Counted from the stretch's first letter, positions 38,276 to 51,725 are shown. The stretch is DNA of 64,000 bases from Octopus sinensis (GCF_006345805.1 NC_042998.1:124001-188000); one strand, 5' to 3'. Notes: generated from the sequence alone by a model not told the origin. Numbers and translations: made by a program.

Positions 38276-38594
38276 TTAAAGACAACAACTGAAGAATTAT
38301 TTATTGTATCTGCTTATATCTAGATGCATTGAGCTACTGAAAGATGAGTCTTTGCCAGGAAATGAGCTACTGAATATTCAACTGATAGCTTGACACCCTG
38401 CACAGAAGTAAAAAGGGTAGAATTGTTGCAGGAACAAAAGCTGGTCAATTATTTAGTGATATACTGCATGGAATGTGTTGTTTACTTTTATACACCTGTT
38501 TTATGTACATATACATACATGTACTCACACACGTTAGATAAAGGTCCTTGAATAGCCTGGTAGACAAAACAGAAGAGCTGTCAAATAAGCTCTA

Positions 38595-38627
<33 letters not shown>

Positions 38628-38643
38628 AGTGTGTGTGTGTACA

Positions 38644-38679
<36 letters not shown>

Positions 38680-38689
38680 TGTATGTATG

Positions 38690-38740
<51 letters not shown>

Positions 38741-39620
38741 GCACACACACACATATATATATATATACACACACATACACATATTCTCTCCCCACTACTC
38801 ATGTAGCCTACCCAACAGCATGTCATTTCTCTCTTTTGTCCTCCCCTTGTCAACTGTATCATCATTACTATCTCCTTGCTTTCTCTCCCTGCTTTTCTCT
38901 GCTCCAACTTATGACTCATTGGTCATCCACCCTTCAGCCCTACAAAATTTACAGTTGTAGTCTGCCTCCCCATTTCCTCATCTCCCACTCCCATACAAAC
39001 TCGCAAACTCCGCACCCACCTTTACTCACCTTGTGCTTTGAGTGGTTACTTGGACATCTCATCGTGACCATTTATCTCTTCATAGCTTGAACTGGTCATT
39101 CTCTCCCTCTTGTAGTAAATGTGAGTAGCCAAGCAATTCCTCTGCAAGAACCTGCTCTATCCCACTACCCTTCTCTCATACTTTAACTCCCAGGAATTTT
39201 TCGAAGGGAGGGCACAAAGTCAGAAGGGAATAAAATTTCAGGAGAAAAGGGTGTAATAACGTTATTTAGAAAGGTGCACTTCTTTCCTTGGGGTGGGTAC
39301 GTGCCCCTCAGGGCCCCTGAACCCTTTGCTCACAAGCATAAAGCCAACTTTCTCTCTTGTAAACTGCAATCTCAGTAATGCTGGTGGCATGAGAACAGCA
39401 GCCTGTATACACTGTGAAGTGGTTGGCATTAGGAAGGGCATCCAGCCATAGAAACCATGCCAAAGCAGACATTGGAACACAATGCAGTCTTTGGATCCTG
39501 TGAAACCATCCAGACCAAGTCAGCATGGAACATAGACATCAAAAGACGTTGATGATGTATACATACACATAGATATGCATGTGTGTGAGTGTATACATAT
39601 ATGTGTATGTATGTGAGACC

Positions 39621-39846
39621 TCTTATTTCTTTACTGCCCACAAGGGGCTACACAGAGGGGACAAACAAGGACAGACAAACAGATTAAGTCGATTATATCG
39701 ACCCCAGTGCGTAACTGGTACTTATTCAATCGACCCCGAAAGGATGAAAGGCAAAGTCGACCTCAGCGGAATTTGAACTCAGAACATAGTGGCAGACGAA
39801 ATACCGTTAAGCATTTCTCCCGGTGTGCTAACAGTTCTGCTGCCTT
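39621..39846 (-). mobile_element. SINE family B with probable 12-bp target-site duplication
   Basis: tgtatgtgagac occurs at 39608-39619 and 39852-39863. Confidence 0.85.
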
Positions 39847-40160
39847 ACTGCTGTATGTGAGACTTCTGGCGATTTGCTATGTTTGAGAAGACACATCAAG
39901 CTAAGTGAAATTGTGGTAGTGATCAGTGCCAGTGACACATAAAAGGCATCCAGTTCACTCTGTAAAGTGGTTGTTGTTAGGATGGGCATCCAGCTATGGA
40001 AACCAAGACATCTGGAGCTGGGTGCAGCTCTCCAGCTTACCAGCTCTGGTCAAACCATCTAACATACACCAGCATGGGAAACGGACATTATATGATGATG
40101 ATGATGACAATGATGATACGTATAAGTGCAATGAGAAACAAGATTAATATCAGGACTTAC

Positions 40161-40295
40161 GTTGACACCAGCGTCCATTGCCTCGATAACCATCCTTACA
40201 CTTGCACCGGTACGTGTGACCAATCTGAGTGCACACTGCGTTCACATGACAGGGTTTTTCATCCTCTTTATTTGGAGAGCAATCCACAGTCACTC
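40161..40295 (-). CDS. NELL: NELL exon, EGF-like domain (GVTVDCSPNKEDEKPCHVNAVCTQIGHTYRCKCKDGYRGNGRWCQ)
   Basis: Acceptor tttaattcag, donor gtaagt, 135 nt, phase 1-1, six-Cys EGF pattern. Confidence 0.92.
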
Positions 40296-40349
40296 CTGAA
40301 TTAAACATAGACAAAGAAGATAGTTTCTGAATTATCAAGCAGTCACATA

Positions 40350-40386
<37 letters not shown>

Positions 40387-40599
40387 CCTGCATACATATA
40401 CACACACACACTCACCAAAAACAACTTTACATTATACTGAAGGATAACTCATACTTTTCATACAGTACATATTTATTATTCTTCAACAAGAACAGTGTTG
40501 ACTGTAACTGCAAAGTTTTGGCTTTGTAGCCTTAATTGGACAGGCTGATGAAGAAGGCTACACAGGATGAAATTTGAAGTTATGTCAACACTATTCTTG

Positions 40600-40862
40600 T
40601 TAAAAAATTGTGTTTTTATATATATATATAAATCATATATACATACACAAATAATATGTATGTATACATATATACATATGTTTATATATAACATATATAT
40701 CATATATAGCATTTTATATATACATTATATGTATATATAATGGCAGTGCCCCAGCATGGCCACAGCTCGTGACCTGAAACTAGATAAAATATAAAATATA
40801 TATAAAAATATATATATAAAAATATATATATATATATTATATATATATATATATACATATAT

Positions 40863-40913
<51 letters not shown>

Positions 40914-41012
40914 TATATATATATATGTATGTATATGTATATATATGTATATGTATATATATGTATATATATATATGTATATGTATACATATGTATATGT
41001 ATATATATGTAC

Positions 41013-41065
<53 letters not shown>
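40600..41065. repeat. Compound (TA)n/(TATG)n microsatellite with an embedded SINE A tail fragment
   Basis: Read directly. Confidence 0.9.
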
Positions 41066-41068
<3 letters not shown>

Positions 41069-41794
41069 AAAGAATAAAACAAATGACAAACCAGCTTCAG
41101 TCTGACTATTTCAAATGGTCAATATTAAATTTTAGAAAGCCAAGAGTAAGCAAACAAGCAGTTAGAACGAAATAATTAGAGAGAGAGCACTTCTGATATA
41201 ATTAATATTGAAAACACAGCAGAGTGATAATAGTATATATTGTTAAAATTGTTAATATTAATTATTATATGACAGCATATAAAATAAATGTTATTCAAAC
41301 ACCAGTGTGGTAATAAAATATATTATCAAACATTGACTTGTGTTAATATAGCAATAATATAAAAATATTTTGTAAATATGTATATAAGTGTAAGCATGTG
41401 TGTGTGTGTGTGTGCGTGTATGTCGTTGGTGAGGAATATAACTTATAATATCATCTATTAAGTGATGCAACTGTATTTGTATTTGGAATAAACATGCTAT
41501 GAAAGCATGTGTAGTGATATACTGAAATATTCAATTTATGTATGTATGTATGTATGTATGTATCTGTATGTGTATATGCAAATTTTTTGCTTGAGTTGGA
41601 ACCGTGTAGGGTCTTACATATGTAGGATTGAGATCAACATACCTGGGTTGTATGGCTGCCTGAAGGTACAAATAAAACAAAACAAAAAAAACCCATGGTT
41701 TGGAATATGTAATTCTTGTTTATATCATATAACATGCAAACATACACACAAATTTACATGTATGTATGTATGTATGTATGTATGTATCTATCTA

Positions 41795-41865
<71 letters not shown>

Positions 41866-42159
41866 TACATACTCACACACACATATATACACACAGCAAT
41901 GTAGTACCTGTCAGAAATGAGAGGGTTCATTCTGCCTCCTTTCAGTAATTCTTAATAATTTTGCTTCATGCCTCACTTCAATTTTCCTTGTGTTTCATTT
42001 TGTCTCTTTCGGGTATTCTTATTCCTTTTACTTCCACCCATTCTCATCTTTATCCACTTCTTCTCTTCTTCATACACAACAACAAACACAAACTTCTTTC
42101 TCAATCAAATTTTGCCTCCATCCTTTCTCTTTATTTCTCAGTGTCCCTCCCTATGAGTA

Positions 42160-42473
42160 TTTTTCTTTCATCGCCCTCTTTGAAGCCTAGCCAGGCCCAT
42201 GGGCCTGGTTTCCTGGTTTCTTTGGCGTATGTGTTCCCTTCAGCTGGACAGGGCACCAGTCCATTGCAGCATTACTCAAGAAACAGAAAGAAACAGTGAG
42301 AGAAAGTTGTGGCGAAAGAGTACAACAGGGGTCACCACCACCCCCTGTCGGAGCCTCGTGGAGCTTTTAGGTGTTTTCGCTCAATAAACACAAACAACGC
42401 CCAGTCTGGGAATCGAAAACATGATCCTCCGATCGCGAGTCTACTGCCCTAACCACTGGGCCATTGCGCCTCC
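42160..42473 (-). mobile_element. tRNA-derived SINE, family D
   Basis: Minus strand GGCGCAATGGCCCAGTGGTTAGGGCAG...TTCGATTCC head followed by a non-tRNA body containing ATGGACTGGTGCCCTGTCCAG. Confidence 0.8.
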
Positions 42474-42534
42474 ACCCCCATGTGTATACCATATATGAAA
42501 ACATGGAAAACAAATGTTAATTGATGATGATGAT

Positions 42535-43080
42535 GATATTTAACATTGTCCTGAAACAGATCAAAGAGGAAAAGGATCCTATCACCTTTAAACAGAATCT
42601 GGACAAATTTTTTCAAGGAATACCGGATAAGCCATTTATACTTGAACTAGCAGTATCGCCCGGCGTTGCTCAGGTTTGTAAGGGAAATAACTATAAAGCA
42701 TTTTTAGAGAGTTATAGCCAAAAAATAGCAAAAAATGGAAAAAAATGATGGTAAATTTTTTTTTGAGAGTTAAAAAAGGATGGAGTTGCGTCCCCTAGAC
42801 AGTTTGTGGTTCGTGTTTCTGATTCTGGACCCCATGTCGAATTTATCGATTTTTTTCAGAACTGGGGGAACTTTTCAAAATTTTGGCTGCGTTAGTTTTG
42901 AATTATGACATTGGGCTATGTGTGTGTCAAGTTTCATCAGAATCGGTTGAAAGCCGTGGTCAGGGTGAGGGTACAAGCAAACAGACACACAGAAACGCGC
43001 ACAGACAAACTGCCGTTTATATATAGAGATACAACTCATTCAACAAGAACTCCCTACTTGAATGGACCATGATACCAGAA
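42535..43080 (+). mobile_element. CR1-group LINE extreme 3' fragment split by a Helitron
   Basis: FNIVLKQIKEEKDPITFKQNLDKFFQGIPDKPFILE | YNSFNKNSLLEW is in frame once 42647-43029 is removed. Confidence 0.7.
42647..43029 (-). mobile_element. Non-autonomous Helitron
   Basis: On the minus strand it starts TC and ends CTAG, sits between host A and T with no TSD, and has a subterminal hairpin cctgagcaacgccggg. Confidence 0.85.
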
Positions 43081-43325
43081 AACATTACTTAAAAAGGATT
43101 TAGCTAATCCTATCAGGTGGTGCTATTAATATTAAGTCTGACATGGCCTGGACCTATCTTTGGTCAAAACATATCTAAGTTTATATGTATAAGAGATAGT
43201 GGTGTCATTGAGAACCAAAGATGTCAGGTAATGCTGAATAAGTGCTATAGACGGACCACAATTAAGTTCAAGATTCGGTAATATTGCGAATAAAGGGTTC
43301 AACGTTGGTTCTATGTCAGCGTGTG

Positions 43326-43545
43326 TATATAAGAATGTTTTGCGCAACACGATAAAAAACCAAGGCTGTATAGATATTAGAGCATTTATAGATAGAAGGT
43401 CTTACAGTGGTTCTAGGATATTAATTAATATTAAGGGATATTATTAATTAATATCCTAGAAACAGCTGTAAGACCTTCTATCTATAAATGCTCTAATATC
43501 TATACAGCCTTGTTTTTTATCTTATTACGCAAAACATTCTTATAT
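43326..43545. repeat. Fold-back element, about 105-bp arms, ending in (TA)n
   Basis: 43326-43430 is the reverse complement of 43442-43545 with few differences. Confidence 0.9.
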
Positions 43546-44056
43546 ATATATATATGCGTGTATATATATATTTGATATATATAATATATACTTAATATAA
43601 CACAGCACCTATATATCTATGTATATTTTTTTCCTGTATATGACTTTAAACTCCATCCAGTTGTTGGGCCTGGTTAAAGGAGTTCCAGGATTGAGGAGTG
43701 TGGAGCCATCTCTTAGCCACTAGTGTTCCCAGGTCCACTCTGATCCTGAGTAGTAACACCTGTTAGGATCTTGCTATGGATTAATTAGCATGTGAACCAA
43801 TGGAAGTGAAAAACTCCTAGTCTTTGTTATAACTTCCTTCAAATAGAAGGGAATCTCATATAAAAAAAAAACCCTGAAGTGTGGCTGGTTTCTGGTTGTC
43901 TCAACCTCCGTTATGCCACTGGTTGCATGGCTTCACACCCGCACGATTCCACTCAAAACGATTTCAGGCACAAAAACTTCTTGGACTTAGGGAAAGCTTG
44001 CACAGACTTGCTAAGTTAAGGAAATAGTCATACTTGGGCACAAGCTGACTTCCACC

Positions 44057-44087
<31 letters not shown>

Positions 44088-44102
44088 TATATGCATACAT
44101 AC

Positions 44103-44175
<73 letters not shown>

Positions 44176-44904
44176 TACATACATATATATATATATATAT
44201 GGCCTGGTGCAGCCTTCGGGCTCCCCAGACTCCAGTTGAACCGTCCAACCCATGCTAGCATGGAAAACGGACGCTAAATGAATGATGATGATGATATATA
44301 TATATATAACACACACACATATATGCATATTTATATGCAGTTAAATATATGTCCAGTTATAAAAATATATCTTTGAGATATATTCTTTTATTTGTTTCAG
44401 TCATTTGACTGTGGCCATGCTGGGGCACCGCCTATATATATATCAAAGATTTAGAGCCTGATCTTATGAAGAAAATAATGAAAGACTGCAACAAGAGGCA
44501 AGACAATGTGTTGCAGTTGACCTGTCCAACTCATGATAGTATGGAAAATATAAAATGAAAATGAAACACACACACACACACACACAGACACACAGACACA
44601 CACACACACACAGACACACAGACACACACACACACAGCACTGCGAAACAAAATGTGTCTCATCATAGTAAATAATTCTCCACATGCAAAAATACCATTAA
44701 TATTCTTATGTTGCTCATCTCGCCTACTTCTGTATATATATTTTTCTTTTAAAAGAACTCTGTTCTGGAACTCTAAAAATCAAATTTCCCTTTTTGCAAC
44801 AGCTCTAAAATATCATTTGAGATACTATTTTTATTTTATTACAGCACATTTATAATCTTTTTCTAGAATCCATGCACAATGCTGCTAGCCACAAGCCTCC
44901 TCAA

Positions 44905-45115
44905 CCCTTTTGTTACGATATATGTTGAAACACACAGCTTTTGTTTTAATTAATTTTGAAAAATATGAACAATTTAGTAAAATAGCTTTTGTCATTATTA
45001 ATCAAATGTTTGGAACATAAATTACGATGAAATTTTGACAGCAGGTTTTAACTTTAAAACAGAAAATTTGCATCATCAAACCAGAGTGTTCTCAGGCATG
45101 TAGGTATCAAAAGGG
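44905..45115. mobile_element. TTAA-target MITE related to family 2
   Basis: tcaa|cccttttgttac ... gtatcaaaaggg|ttaa. Confidence 0.7.
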
Positions 45116-45477
45116 TTAAAGTTTAGTTAATATAATTAATAAATACATATATTGATTGAAAGCATCCTCATTAAATACAACATACTATTAAGATGAATCT
45201 ATGCTCAGCCAATTGTTTATTATTCATAATATAGCTTATTGTGATAACTAGAGCATGCCCTGTCAAATAGTATGATCTAGAATTGATAATTTGTCTTACT
45301 CTAGAAATAGTCTTACATTGATATATATTATAGAAGCAACATTTTGTTATACTGTTCAGTGTCATGTATTGATAAAGACTACCATAGTAACAACAACCTA
45401 GTTATTAATATCATCAATAGTAATAAAAACTACTATATCAGTAGTGATATTTCAGTGCTATTGCAATATATATATAT

Positions 45478-45511
<34 letters not shown>

Positions 45512-46362
45512 ATGATAATAATAATAAAAATCTGGGAGATATCTTATGGTAGTAGAATAGTATTCAACTGCTATTTCTAAATTACGGTATGTGGTGAAGC
45601 AATTTTTGCTGAACCCTAATTCTAATTATGCTTACAATTATAGAATTTTTGTATATATATATATATATTATATATCTTCAAATGTTATAGTACAACACAG
45701 TACTTTGTATTGTTGGGAATGAATTTAATTAGCCATTGTTAAGTACCATAAGGCATCTAGTACTAATATACACACACACACATGTATATACATGCTTGTG
45801 TGTGTATATATATATGCATATTAAGATACTGACAGGGTAGAAAAACAGAGTATTTTCAATGCAACACTCAACTTGAGTATGAAGCTGTTTATACTCTTGA
45901 ATTTATGAAGATTTAAATCTCACTGGTATAGAAAATCCAGGTCTTTCACTTGTAAGTCTTATGAATCCACAGAAGAAGAAGATGAAGTAAGATTTCAGCA
46001 TATCTTTAATTACCAGTTACTATTATTTCAATTTCAATCCATTTTTAATGCCATTGTATGTAAATATTTCAGGCAAAAAGTTATTGAATATTTGTGCTCT
46101 TTTACAATAGAGCAGCACATCAGATTTATATATATAAAAAAAAGGATTATGTTGTGTGTGATTTTAGATCTAAGCATTTGCTATGTGTTAACATAATGTT
46201 ACAAAGTATTCCCCGGAAGAACCACTGTGGGTTTGCATTCAAATGTATTATGAACACTCACTGCAGAGTATGCAAATAGATACAATGGTGAAATGTGCAT
46301 TAGGAACAAACAGTATAAACTGCATGTTGTGTTTATCATATTTTTACTTATAAATATATACA

Positions 46363-46456
46363 TGTATGTATGTATGTATGTATGTATGTATGTATGTATG
46401 TATGTATGTATGTATGTATGTATGTATGTATGAATGTATGTATGTATATATGTATA

Positions 46457-46492
<36 letters not shown>

Positions 46493-46548
46493 TGTATGTA
46501 TGAATGTATGTATGTATATATGTATATATATATATATGTATGTATGTG
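46363..46548. repeat. (TATG)n microsatellite
   Basis: Read directly. Confidence 0.95.
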
Positions 46549-47681
46549 TACAGAAATATCAAACAATGAAAATGAGTGTTCAACACTGCACTAGTGGATA
46601 AAGATTCTTTATTTGTGATTTAAGGTTACCATTGGTTTCATCTTAAGAAAATTCTCAACAATTATTCAACCCAATCATATAGGAAAATTGGAGTTTGTGT
46701 CTATTTTGGATTTTAAAAAAAACCATATATATATATATATATACATACACACACACATATATATATAATAAAATTATGATCAGTATAAATGAAGTAGAAT
46801 TGAAGTGAATGCATTAAAATCTTAAAGAAAGTGAAGTATTCAGAAGTATGAATGAATGGTTTTGGATAATAGCTAATGCTTTCCATCAAACATCATATGT
46901 TGTATAAGTCAAGGGAGGAGATTCACTAGTTCACTGACAAAAATATCAACAATATACGAAAACTATGAATTTATATAATTTCATCTAAAGATCACACTTT
47001 GTAAGTTTCTTTTTTTTGTTTTTCAACCAAAGATTTTTTTTTCAATCTTCATTTCTTCAGGTCAAAGATAATCTTGCTTTTAAATGTTGATTTTAATCAG
47101 TATGAAGTAACTAATTATTAACAAACCTGAACTAACATGGGCTGAAGAAATTTTAAGGATGAAAAACTTTGTGAAAATTAGTATTAAATCCTTCAAGAAG
47201 CTGAATAAAGACTAGAAATATTTATACTCGGATTTCCAGAACTTCTTTTACTGGTTGATGTATACGCATACACACATACAACTGCACTCACATGCACAAG
47301 TGCATACACACGCACACACACCATGGGAGATGTACGGCTTCTGAATATTATATATATGAAATATATATATATAAACATAAATATATATACAAACATAAAT
47401 ATATATACACATATACATGTGCAATTATAACTATGCATGCATAAATACACATACACACACACAATATATATATATATATATACATATATATATAGAGAGA
47501 GAGAGAGGGAGAGAGAAATAGAAAAATAGATATATGTATATAGAAATATATATGTGTGTATATATATATGAATCTGTGTAAGTATATATATGTATATATA
47601 TAATAATAATATTAGGGAGTAAATCCAAACTTACAGAGAAAAATTAGATTTAGGATTAAATCTAATTTTATAGTATAAATA

Positions 47682-48336
47682 TATATATATTAAATTAGAG
47701 ATAAAACCACTATTAGGCAAATCAAACAGTGAAAATCATAAATCAATACATAGAAATAAAATTAATTAATGAAAAATAAAATTCAAAATTTAAAATATTT
47801 AAATTAAAGTTAAAATTTAAAATATTATTTAAATTAATAATTTACACTTATAAATTTTTAAATATATATAAATATATATATATTATATATATATATATAT
47901 ATATTATTATTATTATTATTATTATTTATTTTTTTATCTTTATTTTATTTTATTTTATTTTATTCTATTTTTTTAAATTAAAAATTTTTTTTTTAAAAAT
48001 ATATATATAACTATCAAAAAGTATTAAAAGTTTAATATAAGATAAAGAGTTTTATTCTTTATCTTATATTAAACATTTAATACTTTTTGATAGTTATATA
48101 TATATATTTAAAAAAAAATTATATATATATATATATATATATATTTAAAAATTAATAAGTATAAATCATTAATTTAAATAATTTTTAAAATTTTAACTTC
48201 AATTTAAATATTTAAAATTTTGAATTTTATATTTTATATATTTTTTATTAATTAATTTTATTTCTATGTATTGGTTTATGATTTTCACTGTTTGATTTGC
48301 CTAATAGTGGTTTTATCTCTAATTTAATATATATAT
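47682..48336. repeat. Nested, extremely AT-rich inverted repeat: outer arms about 200 bp, inner hairpin about 60 bp
   Basis: taaattagagataaaaccactattaggcaaatcaaacagtgaaaatc pairs with gattttcactgtttgatttgcctaatagtggttttatctctaattta; inner aactatcaaaaagtatt...gataaag pairs with ctttatc...aatactttttgatagtt. Confidence 0.9.
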
Positions 48337-48354
48337 AGCACTGTACACAATGTT

Positions 48355-48385
<31 letters not shown>

Positions 48386-48390
48386 TATAT

Positions 48391-48653
48391 TGGCTGGCTT
48401 CCGTGCCGGTGGCACGTTAAAAGCACCAACCGATCGTAGCCGATGCCAGACACCCCCTGGCACCTGTGCAGGTGGCACGTAAAAAGCACCCACTACACTC
48501 GCGGAGTGGTTGGCGTTAGGAAGGGCACCCAGCCGTAGAAACACTGCCAGATCAGACTGGAGCCTGGTGCTGCCCCTGACTTCCCAGACCCCGGTCGAAC
48601 CGTCCAACCCGTGCTAGGGCGGAAAACAGGTGTTAAACAATGATGATGATGAT
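48391..48653 (+). mobile_element. RTE-LINE 3' tail copy
   Basis: Same terminal sequence as 33788-34050. Confidence 0.82.
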
Positions 48654-50150
48654 GTATATATGTATATGCATGTATTTATGTGTGTGTATACATGCAGATA
48701 TTTATACATACATATATGTGAGCAATTTTAACAAACTTAAGACCAGTCCAAACATGTCTGAGAGACATTTGGACCCTTATATATTATACGTGTATAGTTT
48801 TTCTTCAAAACTGTTGGCTTTGTGCCTAAATCAAAAACCATCATCACCGTCATCAGTATTATTGTTATTATTATTGTTATTATCATTATTATCATTATAA
48901 TTATTATTATTATTAAATTTTCTTAGTATTAACCACTCTATAGCAGAGAAGCACAAAAATATATTTTCTGACAAGAGAGTGTATCAAATAGAATTATGTG
49001 CCTTGCCCAGAGAGAACACAAAACTGGCAACCATGTATAAAATGTATAAAATTGTTGTGTACAAGGCTATAAGAGCAATGTAGTTTGCTACCCAACTAAA
49101 ATTTCAAATGTTATTAAACATAATAGAGAATATCATTCAATTACTTAATTGGTTTACTAATATTTTATGATTATATACAATCATAATTAGCTGTATTTTC
49201 TAATAATATACTTTAGTTGATTCTTAATCCTTTGCTTGTGCTTTGTATCACGTGTTAAACAGGACATATTTCTCTGGAGTCCATGCATCATATACCATGT
49301 ATATTCCCAATTGTTTTCATTTATCAGAGTTAACAGAGACTTATGAAAGGAAAGCTCTTTATTACTCAGAAGGTATGAAGCAAGGGCTTACTGAAAGTCT
49401 GAAAACAAGCATGGACATTTAGGACAAACTCATGAAAATGATTTGGACAAGCAAAGGGTTAAATAAAAGAAATGAAGCTGGATTCAAGTTTTAAAAGAAT
49501 TGTTTTGAATTGAAAATAGAAACAAAAACATGTTGAAAATTAAAAGATTTCAAATCAAAAACAAATTGAATACAAAAAAAAATACTTTTATGAATTCAAA
49601 GTTAATTTATTACAACACTGAATTTCAATTAGAGTTTGAATTTTGACTTAATAAAATTATTTTTAATTTGATTCTCTTTTTGTTCCCCATCACTTTTCAA
49701 GTTTTAATATATTGAAATATTCACTAACAGATACAGGCATGGCTGTGGGATCAAGAAGCTCACTTTGCAATCGTATAGTTTTGGATTCAGTCCTACAGTG
49801 AGGGGACTTGGGTAAGTGTCTTCTACTGACTGGACTGACCAATGCTTTGCGAGTGAATTTGATAAAAAGAAACTGTGTGAAAGCCTGTTACATTTATATA
49901 TATATATATATATATACTTGTTTCAGTCATGTGACTGTGGCCATACTGGAGCACCGCCTTAAGTCGAGCAAATCGACCCTATGACTTATTCTTTCTATCA
50001 GTCTCTTTTGCCGAACTGGTAAGTTACAGAGACATAAACGCACCAGCATCAGTTGTCAAGCGATGTTGGGGAGACAAACACAGACACACAAATATATACA
50101 CACACATACATACATACATACATACATACATACATACATACATACATACA

Positions 50151-51701
50151 TGCTGCGACGTCACCTTCAAAATAAGCGCAACTATGCCTCCCCTGGTCTC
50201 GATGGAGTTACATACCTGCTTCTCAAACGTGGCAGGTACTTCCTTTTACACCAGCTTTCTATTTTCTTCCAGTACTGTCTCAACAATGGTGCTACTCCGG
50301 AGCAGTGGAAAACTGCCAGTGTCATTCCTCTGTTCAAAAAGGGCGACCGCACATCAGCTGTCAACTATCGCCCAGTCAGTCTCACTAGCTGTATTGCAAA
50401 ACTGATGGAATCGTGTGTCAGAGAAACACTCTGGAACTTCTAGAGCTCTCGCAGTCTCATCCGACCCTCACAATATGGATTTGTCCTTAACTCCAACTGC
50501 AGTGATCAGCTTGTCGAGTTCCTTGAGGACATTACTCAGATCACTGACAGTAGCTCATGGGTGGATGTTGTCTACCTTGACTTTGCTAAGGCTTTCAACT
50601 CTGCGCCACACAAAAGGCTTATGGTGAAACTCTCTGCAATGGGTGTGAGGGATGACCTTTTTAACTGGTTGAAATCCTTCATCCTCAGCCGAAAGGAGGT
50701 AGTCACAGTTCTAGGACAGCACTCTACACCATATGAGATGTCATCGGGTGTATCACAGGGATCTATCCTTGGTCCCCTCTTGTTTGTGGCATACATTAAT
50801 GACATAGATGCCAACTTAAAGAATTCCACAGTATTGAAATATGCAGACGACATCAAGCTGTACCTTGAAATCAAGAGGACAGATCCTGATGTCTACAACT
50901 CTTTCCTGCAATCAGACCTAGACACAATGCAGCAATGGATCACAGACTGGCAACTGAAACTGGCTGTGGACAAGTGTACCACCATGCATTTTGGGAGAAA
51001 ATACCCTGCGTCCACATACTCCCTCCACAACACTGATATCAAGAAATCCTCTTGCGAGCGTGACCTAGGCATCACTGTCAGCAGTGATTTGCGTTGGACA
51101 AAGCATATCTCTAAAATTGTCAAGAAGGCCGAGGGTGTCTTGGCATCACTCAGCAAGACTTTTGTTAGCCGCTCTCCAGCCATCTATTTAAAACTGTATA
51201 CAGCTATGGTACGACCACACTTGGAATTCGCATCATCAGTTTGGAACCCCTATCTTGCTCAGAACATTGACCTCCTGGAATCTGTCCAGAGACGTGCAAC
51301 CAAACGCATACCCTCCATCAGACACCTACCATATTCTGAGCGCCTTGTTTCCCTGGGCATGGATTCACTGAAGCTCCGGCGTCTGGCGACGGACTTGGTA
51401 AACACCCACAAAGTTATCAAACACCTCACCAACAACAGCACTGAACACCTTTTTGATCTTCATGTGTCTAACACACGTGGACATGCCTACAAAGTCAGAA
51501 AACAACACAGCTCCCATGACTTTCGGAAACATTTCTTCATGCTCAGAGTTGCTGAAGCATGGAATAAACTGCCTGCGTCAGTTGTTGACTGCCATGACAC
51601 TGCATCCTTTAAGGCCCTCGTGCTTTCCGAAATCCGCCGAAACTACACCTGATTATATATACACTTTAGATGAGTTGTAGTGCACCTGAGCACTGTACAC
51701 A

Positions 51702-51725
<24 letters not shown>
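50151..51725 (+). mobile_element. CR1/L2-group LINE, 5'-truncated, complete RT domain with one premature stop (TAG 50441-50443)
   Basis: SPGLDGV...WKTASVIPLFKKGDR...NYRPVSLTSCIAKLME...VDVVYLDFAKAF...SGVSQGSILGPLLF..YIND...KYADDIK; 3' stem-loop and (ATT)n tail. Confidence 0.95.

Larger units (their letters stand above)
17356..40295 (-). other. NELL: Partial gene model: NELL1/NELL2-like secreted EGF/VWC protein, last 8 coding exons (5' exons outside window)
   Basis: The eight exons below join in compatible phase (1,1,1,1,0,0,0) to 1046 nt with no internal stop. Domain order EGF-EGF-cbEGF-cbEGF-VWC-VWC-VWC and the motifs GEVDCWPLECP...CCPRC..DPC and CKCK-RGHICCS match my recollection of the vertebrate NELL2 C-terminus (GEVDCWPLPCP...CCPRCVTDPC; CQCKNGHICCS). 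Confidence 0.93.

Noticed and set aside
42395-42473. tRNA gene
   Set aside because: It has A/B boxes, but the acceptor and T stems are broken and it continues into a SINE body; it is a SINE head.
46200-46260. Possible extra NELL exon (VSVHNTFECKPTVVLPGNT)
   Set aside because: Weak donor (gtaaca) and no EGF/VWC cysteine pattern.
50063-50150. N-terminal extension of the CR1 ORF (MLGRQTQTHKYIHT...)
   Set aside because: It is an accidental fusion with the flanking SINE and (TACA)n tract, not part of the element.
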